Shown here piece by piece: positions 21,408 to 28,789 of a stretch of 64,000 bases of DNA. Origin of the DNA: Vicinamibacterales bacterium (GTDB lineage Bacteria; Acidobacteriota; Vicinamibacteria; Vicinamibacterales; UBA8438); contig OZ250139.1 in NCBI GenBank assembly GCA_965237405.1, positions 2,565,661-2,629,660 of the forward strand, in the 5' to 3' direction. The notes under the pieces were generated by a model. It had not been told where the DNA came from, did no database searches, and saw only the letters and a program-made list of their open reading frames with translations. Each line of letters opens with the position of its first letter. The first letter of the stretch is position 1. Both the position numbers and the translations under genes were made by a program.

Positions 21408-22499
21408 GTGACGCTTCCCCTCCACATTGACGTTTCCTCGGCCTCGGGGAGCTACCGCATACATGTGGGACGGCAACTCGTACGACGCTTGAACCGACTT
21501 ATCAAGAACGCTGGGGGAACCGGTCAGCAGTTCGTCGTTTCGAGCCCGACAGTGTGGAAGCACCACGGCCTCTCCGTGCAGTCGGCGCTCAAATCGGCCG
21601 AAGTCTTCATCATCCCCGATGAAGAGCGCTCGAAGGTGCTGAACAACGCCGCGCGCGTCCACGAATCCCTCATCACCGCTGGAGCGGACCGCAGCTCGAT
21701 TATCGTAGCGTTTGGCGGTGGCGTCATTGGTGACGTCGTCGGCTTCGCGGCTGCCACGTTTCTCCGTGGGGTTCCGCTCGTTCACGTTCCGACGACGCTC
21801 CTCGCACAGGTCGACAGTTCCATAGGCGGCAAGGTTGGTGTCAACCATGCGCTCGGAAAGAACCTCATTGGTGCCTTTCACCAACCAATCGTGGTAGTCG
21901 CGGACACCGAGCTCCTGAGCACGCTACCCCGAAGGGAGTTTCGCGCCGGGCTATACGAGGTTGTCAAGTACGGTGTCATTGCAAGCCGAACTCTGTTCGA
22001 TCGGCTGACCTGCGACCTCACGCCGATCTTCGCCAGAGACCCAACCGTACTTATCCCGATCATTACCGAGTCGAGTCGGATCAAAGCAGCGATCGTTTCG
22101 GAAGACGAACGTGAGCATGGTCTACGTCGAGTCCTCAATTTTGGTCACACCGTAGGTCACGCCATCGAAACCGTCACAAAATACCGACGCTTCCGGCACG
22201 GTGAGGCCGTTGCTTTCGGCATGCTGGCGATCGCAAGCCTGGCGGTCAAGCGCGGTATCTTTCCCAAATCCGATTACGCCTCGATCGAGAGCCTGATAGC
22301 GCAGCTCGGCCCGCTTCCATCGGTCAGCGACCTAACCGTCACGGCAATCGTCGAAGCGATACGTCGCGACAAGAAGGTCATTCGCAGTCGATTGCACGTA
22401 GTGCTCCCGACGGCGATCGGCCAAACGACGATCGTCAACGACGTCACGGAACGAGAAATTACGCAGGCACTCAGCTCAATCGGTATTCGACGGAAATAG
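21408..22499 (+). CDS. aroB: 3-dehydroquinate synthase
   Basis: 363 aa. GGGVIGDVVGFAAATFLRGVPLVHVPTTLLAQVDSSIGGKVGVN and HGEAVAFGM are typical of AroB. Confidence 0.93.
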   Translation: MTLPLHIDVSSASGSYRIHVGRQLVRRLNRLIKNAGGTGQQFVVSSPTVWKHHGLSVQSALKSAEVFIIPDEERSKVLNNAARVHESLITAGADRSSIIVAFGGGVIGDVVGFAAATFLRGVPLVHVPTTLLAQVDSSIGGKVGVNHALGKNLIGAFHQPIVVVADTELLSTLPRREFRAGLYEVVKYGVIASRTLFDRLTCDLTPIFARDPTVLIPIITESSRIKAAIVSEDEREHGLRRVLNFGHTVGHAIETVTKYRRFRHGEAVAFGMLAIASLAVKRGIFPKSDYASIESLIAQLGPLPSVSDLTVTAIVEAIRRDKKVIRSRLHVVLPTAIGQTTIVNDVTEREITQALSSIGIRRK

Positions 22500-22546
22500 G
22501 GTCACCCCGATCACGACGACGAAGCTAAGCAATAAAAAGTCAAGCT

Positions 22547-23323
22547 TCATCGAAACCAGTACAGGCCGCCGTGCCACGTAACCATCGGCTCCCCTACGGT
22601 GCTCGTAGCAATGGCGACAAGGGCGAAGAACGAACCGAGCGGCAACGCATAAGTGCGATCGCTTAACCCAAGGCTGAGCATCATGATACCGACCACCGAA
22701 CCCATGAGCGACGCAAGGAACAGCGTCACGAGTGTATGATGCCATCCAAGAAATGCACCGATCATCGCCAGCATCTTGATATCTCCCATCCCAATCCCCT
22801 CCCGGCGACGCAGTCGGTAATACGCCTCTCGAACCAAGAACAGTCCGCTGCCGCCGATGACGACGCCAATTAAGGCCGACCGCCAGCCCGGTTCGTAGGC
22901 CAGCGCTGCCACCAACCCGACGCCGATACCTGGAAGCGTGATGACGTCTGGAAGGATGCGATGCCTGAGGTCGATGAATAGCAGCACGATCATGGCACTC
23001 GAGAACAGCAGGCGAACGGTAAGCAACGGTTGCCACCCGACGTAGGCGTACTGCAGGAGGAACAGAAGGGGCGTAATCAGCTCGACGACCGGATACATTG
23101 GAGAGATTAGAGCTCGGCACGTACGACAGCGTCCGGCCAGAAACGCAAAGCTAAAAATTGGAACGTTCTCTAACCAGTGAAGTGCTCGTCCGCACGCGGG
23201 ACATCGTGAGCCTGGCCTCACGACCGACTGGTCCTCCGGCAGGCGATGGATACAGACGCCGAGAAAGCTGCCAATCGCGAGTCCGAAAATCGACAGTCCA
23301 AGCACGTGTAGTGGCTCCATCAT
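22547..23323 (-). CDS. pilD: Prepilin peptidase (A24 family, PilD-like)
   Basis: CPACGRALHWLENVPIFSFAFLAGRCRTCRALISPMYPVVEL and a polytopic C-terminal domain with GMGDIKMLAMIGAFLG. GGAGAGGG precedes ATGATG at 23323, so the upstream ORF-track extension is rejected. Confidence 0.9.
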   Translation of the reverse strand: MMEPLHVLGLSIFGLAIGSFLGVCIHRLPEDQSVVRPGSRCPACGRALHWLENVPIFSFAFLAGRCRTCRALISPMYPVVELITPLLFLLQYAYVGWQPLLTVRLLFSSAMIVLLFIDLRHRILPDVITLPGIGVGLVAALAYEPGWRSALIGVVIGGSGLFLVREAYYRLRRREGIGMGDIKMLAMIGAFLGWHHTLVTLFLASLMGSVVGIMMLSLGLSDRTYALPLGSFFALVAIATSTVGEPMVTWHGGLYWFR

Positions 23324-23334
23324 CCCTCTCCATC

Positions 23335-23857
23335 CTACGGAACCACGGCGACCGCCAACGCTTCTGACAGCGGAACTAAGGACAACAGCGGCGATAGCTG
23401 CATGGATCGCAATATCGCATCCAGTCGACACCCTTCCCCCAAAGAGTCAGTTGGCGGACGGGCGAGAAGGCCAGCCTGGACGAGGTCTGACCACCACCCC
23501 GGGGCAACGTCCGGCAGTTCGCTCGAATTGACTGGCCTAAACCTGAAACCAGTCGATCTTGTCCAGCGCATCCAACTGCATCAAGCGACGCGCGGACTCT
23601 CGACGCAGCCACGAATCTTTGGCGTCATCGTGAAGCCGCTACCACAGTAGGTGGAATCCATTCCGGCGCCCTCCCTCGGCAAGCATGTAACCAATTGGCT
23701 GAGTCACCACGCTTCCCCCGGCACATCGCTCGCCATCCAAAACCATCACGCAACCTCCGCGTAGTCGTTCAGCCACCAATAGAACACGGACCGAGCGTAA
23801 CCGCCAGAAGTCGACCTTACAATCCTTCGTCAGTCCCTGCAGTCGAAGCACATGCAC
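23335..23857 (-). other. Unassigned region with fragmented minus-strand reading frames (possible decayed gene or small unknown ORFs)
   Basis: A GTG at 23857 opens 72 codons ending at TAG 23639-23641. The same frame continues for 33 more codons to TAG 23537-23539. A different frame then carries 78 codons (23571-23335) ending 11 nt before pilD. I recognise no family. Confidence 0.2.
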
Positions 23858-23876
23858 ATCGACTGCCGTCCTTGGC

Positions 23877-25109
23877 TTAGGGCCTGGCGCCCCCACGTGC
23901 AAGTTCCAGCCGAATCGCCTGGTCAAAGAACTGGGGCGCAAGCTCTCCCTTGATGACCACGCCATTGATGATGAACGTCGGCGTGGCCTCGACCGGCAGC
24001 GCGACCCCAAGCTCGATATCGGACCGAACATCCGTGATCAGATCCGCGTAACGCCGCCGGTACGTCGCACGATCCACCCCGGCGATGTCTTCAAGCGCCG
24101 CTACGATCCCTTCCGCCGTCATCGTACCCTGGTTCGCATAGAGCCAGCGTTCCATGCGGCTCGCGCGATTATCGTCAACTTCGCGTGCGAGCCTGGCTGC
24201 CACCGCAGCCTCGCACGCGGAATCATGCGGTCCGTTGAGTGAGTGGTCGTTGCACTGCGGATCGAGCGGAAAATCGAGCGTTACGAGATGCACGTCACCG
24301 GGATGGCTCGACGCATACTTAGTGAAGATTGGCTCGTACATCCTATGGCTCTCAGCGCACGCTGGGCACTGATAATCGTTGAACTTGTACACGACCACGG
24401 CCGCACCAGTCTCCTCGACGTCGTGACTCAGATCAACCCTTGGCTGCCCAATCCAGTAGCGCTCGAACTCGGAACGCTGGTCGGCCGTCGGTGATGACGC
24501 TGGCGCCTCGTCAGTCGACTGCGCGAGCGCAGTAAGCGCTTGAGGCTCGGGAAAGCGAAGCGCCGCCACGACCATCAAACCGATAAACGTGACGGTTATC
24601 CCGAGACCACGCGGTCGGCGTACGAGCTGGCTAAGATCCTGGCTGATCGTGACCGGGAGCCGGTGCATTGGCGTCGAGTTGCCCGAGCTTGACAACAGGA
24701 AAATCCCAATGACCGCTGCGTACACGACTCCGCAGAGAATGCAGAAGGTCCGAAGCACAAAGAATGAAGCATAGGCCATATACATGGCCACCGATAGGCC
24801 GACCGTCGACCAGACCAGCATGTAGGTAGCCATGTGCTCTCGCGACTGAGCCGGACCTCGCTCATGGCCGAGTGTGAAGAGTAGTGTGGCACCGAACCAA
24901 AACACACCGCCCAGGGCAACCGGAACTCCTCGAACGGAACCGAAACGACTCTGGTAGAGCTGAGTACAGCTTACGGTCTGGTTAACGTCGCAGAAGCTGG
25001 TGTACGTAGGGTCGGCGACCAGCTGATAATGCATGTACAACGAGCTTGCCGCCGATGTCAGACCCGCTAGAGCCAAGGCGGTGATCCATCTCCAGTTTCG
25101 TACACTCAT
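23877..25109 (-). CDS. Vitamin K epoxide reductase (VKOR) domain fused to a DsbA-like thioredoxin-fold domain
   Basis: N-terminal VKOR features: loop Cys pair FCDVNQTVSC and membrane CxxC FCILCG. C-terminal thioredoxin-like VVVYKFNDYQCPACAESH. 410 aa. Confidence 0.88.
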   Translation of the reverse strand: MSVRNWRWITALALAGLTSAASSLYMHYQLVADPTYTSFCDVNQTVSCTQLYQSRFGSVRGVPVALGGVFWFGATLLFTLGHERGPAQSREHMATYMLVWSTVGLSVAMYMAYASFFVLRTFCILCGVVYAAVIGIFLLSSSGNSTPMHRLPVTISQDLSQLVRRPRGLGITVTFIGLMVVAALRFPEPQALTALAQSTDEAPASSPTADQRSEFERYWIGQPRVDLSHDVEETGAAVVVYKFNDYQCPACAESHRMYEPIFTKYASSHPGDVHLVTLDFPLDPQCNDHSLNGPHDSACEAAVAARLAREVDDNRASRMERWLYANQGTMTAEGIVAALEDIAGVDRATYRRRYADLITDVRSDIELGVALPVEATPTFIINGVVIKGELAPQFFDQAIRLELARGGARP

Positions 25110-25154
25110 ACGGGTCTCCCGCCGAACTTTAACCTGGCGCGGTGCAGCTGTGTA

Positions 25155-25183
25155 ATGCTACCTGGAGAATAGATATTCGTGAA
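25155..25183 (-). promoter_or_regulatory. Weak sigma70-type promoter candidate for the VKOR-DsbA gene
   Basis: On the minus strand: TTCACG (25183-25178), a 17-nt spacer, then TAGCAT (25160-25155). Each hexamer matches consensus at 4 of 6 positions. Confidence 0.3.
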
Positions 25184-25225
25184 ACCGAGAAAGAGACGGG
25201 ATGCCGTCCTTCGGACCGGCATCCC
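25181..25225 (-). terminator. Rho-independent terminator of the pilin gene
   Basis: GGGATGCCG-TCC / GGA-(C)-CGGCATCCC forms a 12-bp stem with one bulge (25198-25225). It is followed on the minus strand by GTCTCTTTCTCGGTTTC. Confidence 0.65.
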
Positions 25226-25262
25226 GATGACTGAACTACGACACTCCCGTAGGCGTCGTGAC

Positions 25263-25793
25263 CTACTGGATGGGCGTCGCACTGCCGGGAGCACCCGAGT
25301 GCGTCACTTGTACGGCCTGATCCGACTGAAAGATGGTGCCACCCTGGTTTGTACCAAAGTGACGGTTCCCGCCACCGGCTACAGGACTCGCCCCTACGAA
25401 ATAGGTCGAAACGACCGCACCAGCAGCCAAGCCATTACAGGAAGCCGGCGCGCCGGCCGCTGGCGCGCCAGGCGTTATCGTGACCGTATATCCGCTCTTG
25501 AGCGACGGGTCGATGCTGAGGTCGGGCCCGATGAAACCGTCGCCTCCCGAACTCGTCGGTGGAGTCGCTAGGTTGACCAGGCTTGGAGCATAGAAACCAC
25601 TCCCGCAGCTGGCGGCATAGATCGCCTGGGCGCTATTTATCGCACGAAGAGATCCGATAGCAGAGACCTCGTTTCCGGCCATCCTGGCCCTGAGCAGCCC
25701 CGGAACCGCGATCGCAGCGATGATGCCGATAATAGCTACGACGATGAGCAACTCAATCAGCGTAAAACCGTGTTCGTTCGTGCGTCTTGTCAT
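25263..25793 (-). CDS. Type IV pilin / pseudopilin with a prepilin N-terminal cleavage-methylation signal
   Basis: MTRRTNEHG|FTLIELLIVVAIIGIIAAIAVPGLL has G-1, F+1 and E+5. 176 aa with exactly two Cys in the mature part. Confidence 0.88.
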   Translation of the reverse strand: MTRRTNEHGFTLIELLIVVAIIGIIAAIAVPGLLRARMAGNEVSAIGSLRAINSAQAIYAASCGSGFYAPSLVNLATPPTSSGGDGFIGPDLSIDPSLKSGYTVTITPGAPAAGAPASCNGLAAGAVVSTYFVGASPVAGGGNRHFGTNQGGTIFQSDQAVQVTHSGAPGSATPIQ

Positions 25794-26087
25794 CCGTCTG
25801 TCTCCTTCGACGACACAGAAACAATGCCAACACCAGTTGGCGGATCTTGATCATGCGCCTGTAAGAAGCTACAAAATAATAAGTTGCAGACAACCAGATC
25901 GACTGTTGTGTTCCCTCGAACATAGCCCATGCGCGCGCGCTAACATTTCTAGTCGACGACCCTTGATGTTTCAGTTACCTCACGATTCGGCATGGCGCAT
26001 CAGGACTAAACAGGAGGTACCACTACCTGAAGACTGAACGCCGGCGTCCGACGCTAGCATGGCAGCGACGGTAACGTAACCTGACAA

Positions 26088-26351
26088 TCATCTGGCCACC
26101 CATTTTATCGGATCGAGAATCGGGAGATATATCTCGATCACTCTGAGCAGCACGATCATGATCGACTCTAGCAATAAGAGGGTCCTAGCAACCGCCGCGT
26201 TGACCTCAGCTTCGTTTAACTCCGCAATCTCCTGAAGCATGCTGTCCAAGGCGACGGCCGCTGGCGGCACGGACGTGAGCGGCATGACCGAGCTAGGATC
26301 TCGGCCAGTAAAGATAGTGCGGAATGGACAGGCAAGAACGTGAACAATCAT
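26088..26351 (-). pseudogene. GspF/PilC-like C-terminal fragment (87-codon ORF; relic or small derivative)
   Basis: LDSMLQEIAELNEAEVNAAVARTLLLLESIMIVLL..IEIYLPIL follows the C-terminal pattern of T2SS-F/PilC proteins (LD.ML..A.FYE.EVD.AV..L..LLEP....LG......MYLPIF), but it is shortened and lacks the roughly 300 upstream residues. Confidence 0.4.
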
Positions 26352-26363
26352 CCGTAACGACGT

Positions 26364-26915
26364 CTACCCGACGATGACGGCGGCGGCAATAACGGTCGTC
26401 CAAAGTCCGTGCTTATTGCCTACGGCTGTCTGAGTAACATTTTGGGTTCGGACGATTTTGTTCGACAGTCGATAGACCTCGCGTTTTTCATCCCAACTCT
26501 TGTCAGGATCGAAGTCCAAGCCGAGTGTCGTTGCTAACATCTCGGCTGCGAGATCCTCGGCATAGTCCCCGGCCGTCTTTTCATTCTCGCCGAAGCTGTG
26601 ATGCTCGGACAGATAGCCGAACAATTCCTGATCTCGGGGAATCGCCACTCCAACGGTAGCTGCAACCAAGCGATGAGGCTCTTGCGTCGCGTTTTCAGAC
26701 ATGACCACGAACGTGACCTGACCTGGCTGTAGGCGCCGAGTGCCAGTTCGCCGCGACAGGATCTTGCACCCCGGTGGGAAGATACTCGACACCCGAACGA
26801 GGTTGCAGGCGGCAATACCAGCGGACCTCAGGGCTAGCTCGAACGATGTGAGCTTTTCTCGATGTTTTCCGACACCCTTCGTAAAGAAAAGCTCTTTGGG
26901 AACGAAACCAACCAT
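26364..26915 (-). CDS. pdaD: Pyruvoyl-dependent arginine decarboxylase
   Basis: NLVRVSSIFPPG self-cleavage motif (Ser-Ser), GVAIP block, about 183 aa from ATG 26915. Confidence 0.87.
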   Translation of the reverse strand: MVGFVPKELFFTKGVGKHREKLTSFELALRSAGIAACNLVRVSSIFPPGCKILSRRTGTRRLQPGQVTFVVMSENATQEPHRLVAATVGVAIPRDQELFGYLSEHHSFGENEKTAGDYAEDLAAEMLATTLGLDFDPDKSWDEKREVYRLSNKIVRTQNVTQTAVGNKHGLWTTVIAAAVIVG

Positions 26916-27191
26916 ATAAGCTGATAGGACCCGGGCCAGCACCGTAACGAGAACGCACCGGACAAACGGGACGCATCCTAGTCAACCGATGGGACGCTGT
27001 CAAGGAAGGATTGATATTCCTAGAGATTGTAGAGTTGCGGAGGGTCGCCGTCGTTGACAAACGACCCGGTCATCTTCTCCCCGTCCTGCTGCAACGTCAT
27101 CGTTCAAGAACTTGACGCACCTGCACTAGGAGTGGCGGTCCCGTCCTCCCTTGGTCGCATCTCCCTCTCGCCTCGGGATGCAACAAGTTCT

Positions 27192-27269
27192 ATGAAAGTA
27201 AGTAGATACTCATGTGTGCTAGCATATGAGTATCGTTGAGTAAACGATATACGACACTGTTTCGTTTAC
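27192..27269 (+). promoter_or_regulatory. AT-rich leader candidate: a 15-codon mini-ORF overlapping three mutually exclusive inverted repeats upstream of the efflux operon
   Basis: ATG 27192 to TGA 27239 encodes MKVSRYSCVLAYEYR. IR1 is GATACTCAT (27205-13) / ATGAGTATC (27226-34). IR2 is TATCGTT (27231-37) / AACGATA (27243-49). IR3 is GTAAACGA (27240-47) / TCGTTTAC (27262-69). Confidence 0.3.
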
Positions 27270-27321
27270 AGATCCAGGGAGTTATGTTGACAACTTCTGC
27301 CGTCGTTCGAAGGACCGCCTA

Positions 27322-28638
27322 GTGAATCGCCGCAACAAGGTTATTGTTTTCTCGATCATCGTCGCAGTCGGAGCGGCGATGGCAGGAACATATTGGTACT
27401 ATCGAGGGTCAGACATCCCCAAAGTCGATGCCGAACGGATTAAGCGCCGACCGTTGGAGGCGTTGGTTTCGGCGTCCGGCACCATCCAACCCCAAGTCTC
27501 GGTGGACATCAGTGCAAGTGTCATGGGGCGCGTAACCCGTCTTGACGTGAACGAGGGCGACCGGGTGTCGGCCGGACAATTCCTACTTCAGATTGATCCG
27601 AAATCTCTCAGTTCGGCCGTGAAGCGCGTACAGGCGTCATTGCTGGCAGCAAAGTCTGCACGAGACCAGGCCCGGGTTGCTGTTACGACGGCCGTGGTTA
27701 ACCTCGACCTGGCTCGCGACAACCTAGAACGACAACGGGGGCTCTGGGAACTCCGATTGGTCTCGAGAGAGGTCTACGACCAAGCCGTGTCTGAACTTGA
27801 GCTCCGAGAGACTGAGCTCCGCGCTCGAGAAGTGGACATTGCCACGAACGATCAGCGAATCCGCCAGGAGGAGGCTGTCCTGGACAGCGCCCAGTACGAT
27901 CTCACGCAGGTTACCATCGTGTCACCAATGAACGGGATCGTGACACGCCGGACCATCGAGTTTGGAGAGACGGTCGTCGTGGGAACGATGAACAACGCTG
28001 GCACGGTACTCATGACCATTGCCGACCTCTCGGTCATCGAAGCAGAGATCGAGGTCGATGAAACCGACATCCCAGACATTCGTCTCGGGCAAATCGCAGA
28101 GATCCAGATCGATGCGCTCCCAGGACGCTCGTACTATGGTCGCGTCACGGAAATCGGCAACAGTCCTATCCAGGAGGCCTCCGCATTGCAAGCCACGAAC
28201 TTCAAGGTCGTTGTGACACTCGACGACGTCGTTCCCAACGTCCGATCTGGCTTCACTTGCACGGCCGACATCATCACAGACACGCGCGCCGACGCGATCT
28301 CCGTGCCGATTCAGGCGACTACCGTTCGAGAGATGCGCGTGGACAACCAGGGACGAATCCTCGGTGAGCCTCTTACTGCAGACCGAGCCGGTGTGACCAC
28401 ACTGGTTGAAGCATTCTCGTCGGCTCAGGACGACGGTCTCGAAGAGATCGAGGGCGTCTTCCTGGTCAAAGATGGGCGTGTTCGGTTTACCGCCATTGTG
28501 ACGGGAATCGCGGGCGAGCGGTACTTCGAGTCCTTGACCGGAGTCAATGAGGGTGATCTGGTCGTCACCGGACCCTTCAACGTCGTTCGCACCTTGAAGA
28601 ATGACGACGCCGTACAGATCTTTGACCGGAGTCAATGA
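27322..28638 (+). CDS. Efflux periplasmic adaptor (HlyD/MacA-type membrane fusion protein), 3' end altered by a tandem duplication
   Basis: N-terminal TM anchor, lipoyl-like GRVTRLDVNEGDRVSAGQFLLQIDP, a coiled-coil hairpin and beta-barrel segments. GTG start with AAGGA upstream. Confidence 0.88.
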   Translation: MNRRNKVIVFSIIVAVGAAMAGTYWYYRGSDIPKVDAERIKRRPLEALVSASGTIQPQVSVDISASVMGRVTRLDVNEGDRVSAGQFLLQIDPKSLSSAVKRVQASLLAAKSARDQARVAVTTAVVNLDLARDNLERQRGLWELRLVSREVYDQAVSELELRETELRAREVDIATNDQRIRQEEAVLDSAQYDLTQVTIVSPMNGIVTRRTIEFGETVVVGTMNNAGTVLMTIADLSVIEAEIEVDETDIPDIRLGQIAEIQIDALPGRSYYGRVTEIGNSPIQEASALQATNFKVVVTLDDVVPNVRSGFTCTADIITDTRADAISVPIQATTVREMRVDNQGRILGEPLTADRAGVTTLVEAFSSAQDDGLEEIEGVFLVKDGRVRFTAIVTGIAGERYFESLTGVNEGDLVVTGPFNVVRTLKNDDAVQIFDRSQ

Positions 28639-28706
28639 GGGTGACCTGGTCGTCACCGGACCCTTCAACGTCGTTCGCACCTTGAAGAATGACGACGCCG
28701 TACAGC
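28531..28706 (+). repeat. Two-copy 88-bp tandem direct repeat (85 of 88 identical) at the 3' end of the adaptor gene
   Basis: 28531-28618 and 28619-28706 differ at only 3 positions (unit positions 3, 26 and 88). The minus-strand ORF-track peptides repeat accordingly. Confidence 0.92.
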
Positions 28707-28789
28707 TTGCCGATGATGATTCCAATTCCAGCAACGACATCAACTTTAACTTGCAGTTTTAGGTCAGCCAGCCGTCGTCGTTCCAACTA

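Noticed and set aside
23639-23857. Tentative resemblance of the 72-codon ORF to PilZ (R...R / D.S..G) or to DUF559/Vsr-like endonucleases (VDF...E.DG...).
   Set aside because: Only a few scattered residues match, and the key motif positions are not satisfied. This cannot be supported without a profile search.
25815-25830. Possible sigma54 promoter upstream of the pilin gene (minus strand TTGGCATTGTTTCTGT).
   Set aside because: The -24 element TGGCA is good, but the -12 element reads CTGT instead of TTGC at the required spacing. No enhancer-binding protein gene is nearby, so this is too weak to call.
27054-27239. A 61-aa + strand ORF in the pdaD/adaptor divergent spacer, considered as a protein-coding gene.
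   Set aside because: It has no SD, no family resemblance and a Ser/Pro-rich composition. Only its last 15 codons, which have their own ATG in the AT-rich leader, are kept as a mini-ORF hypothesis.
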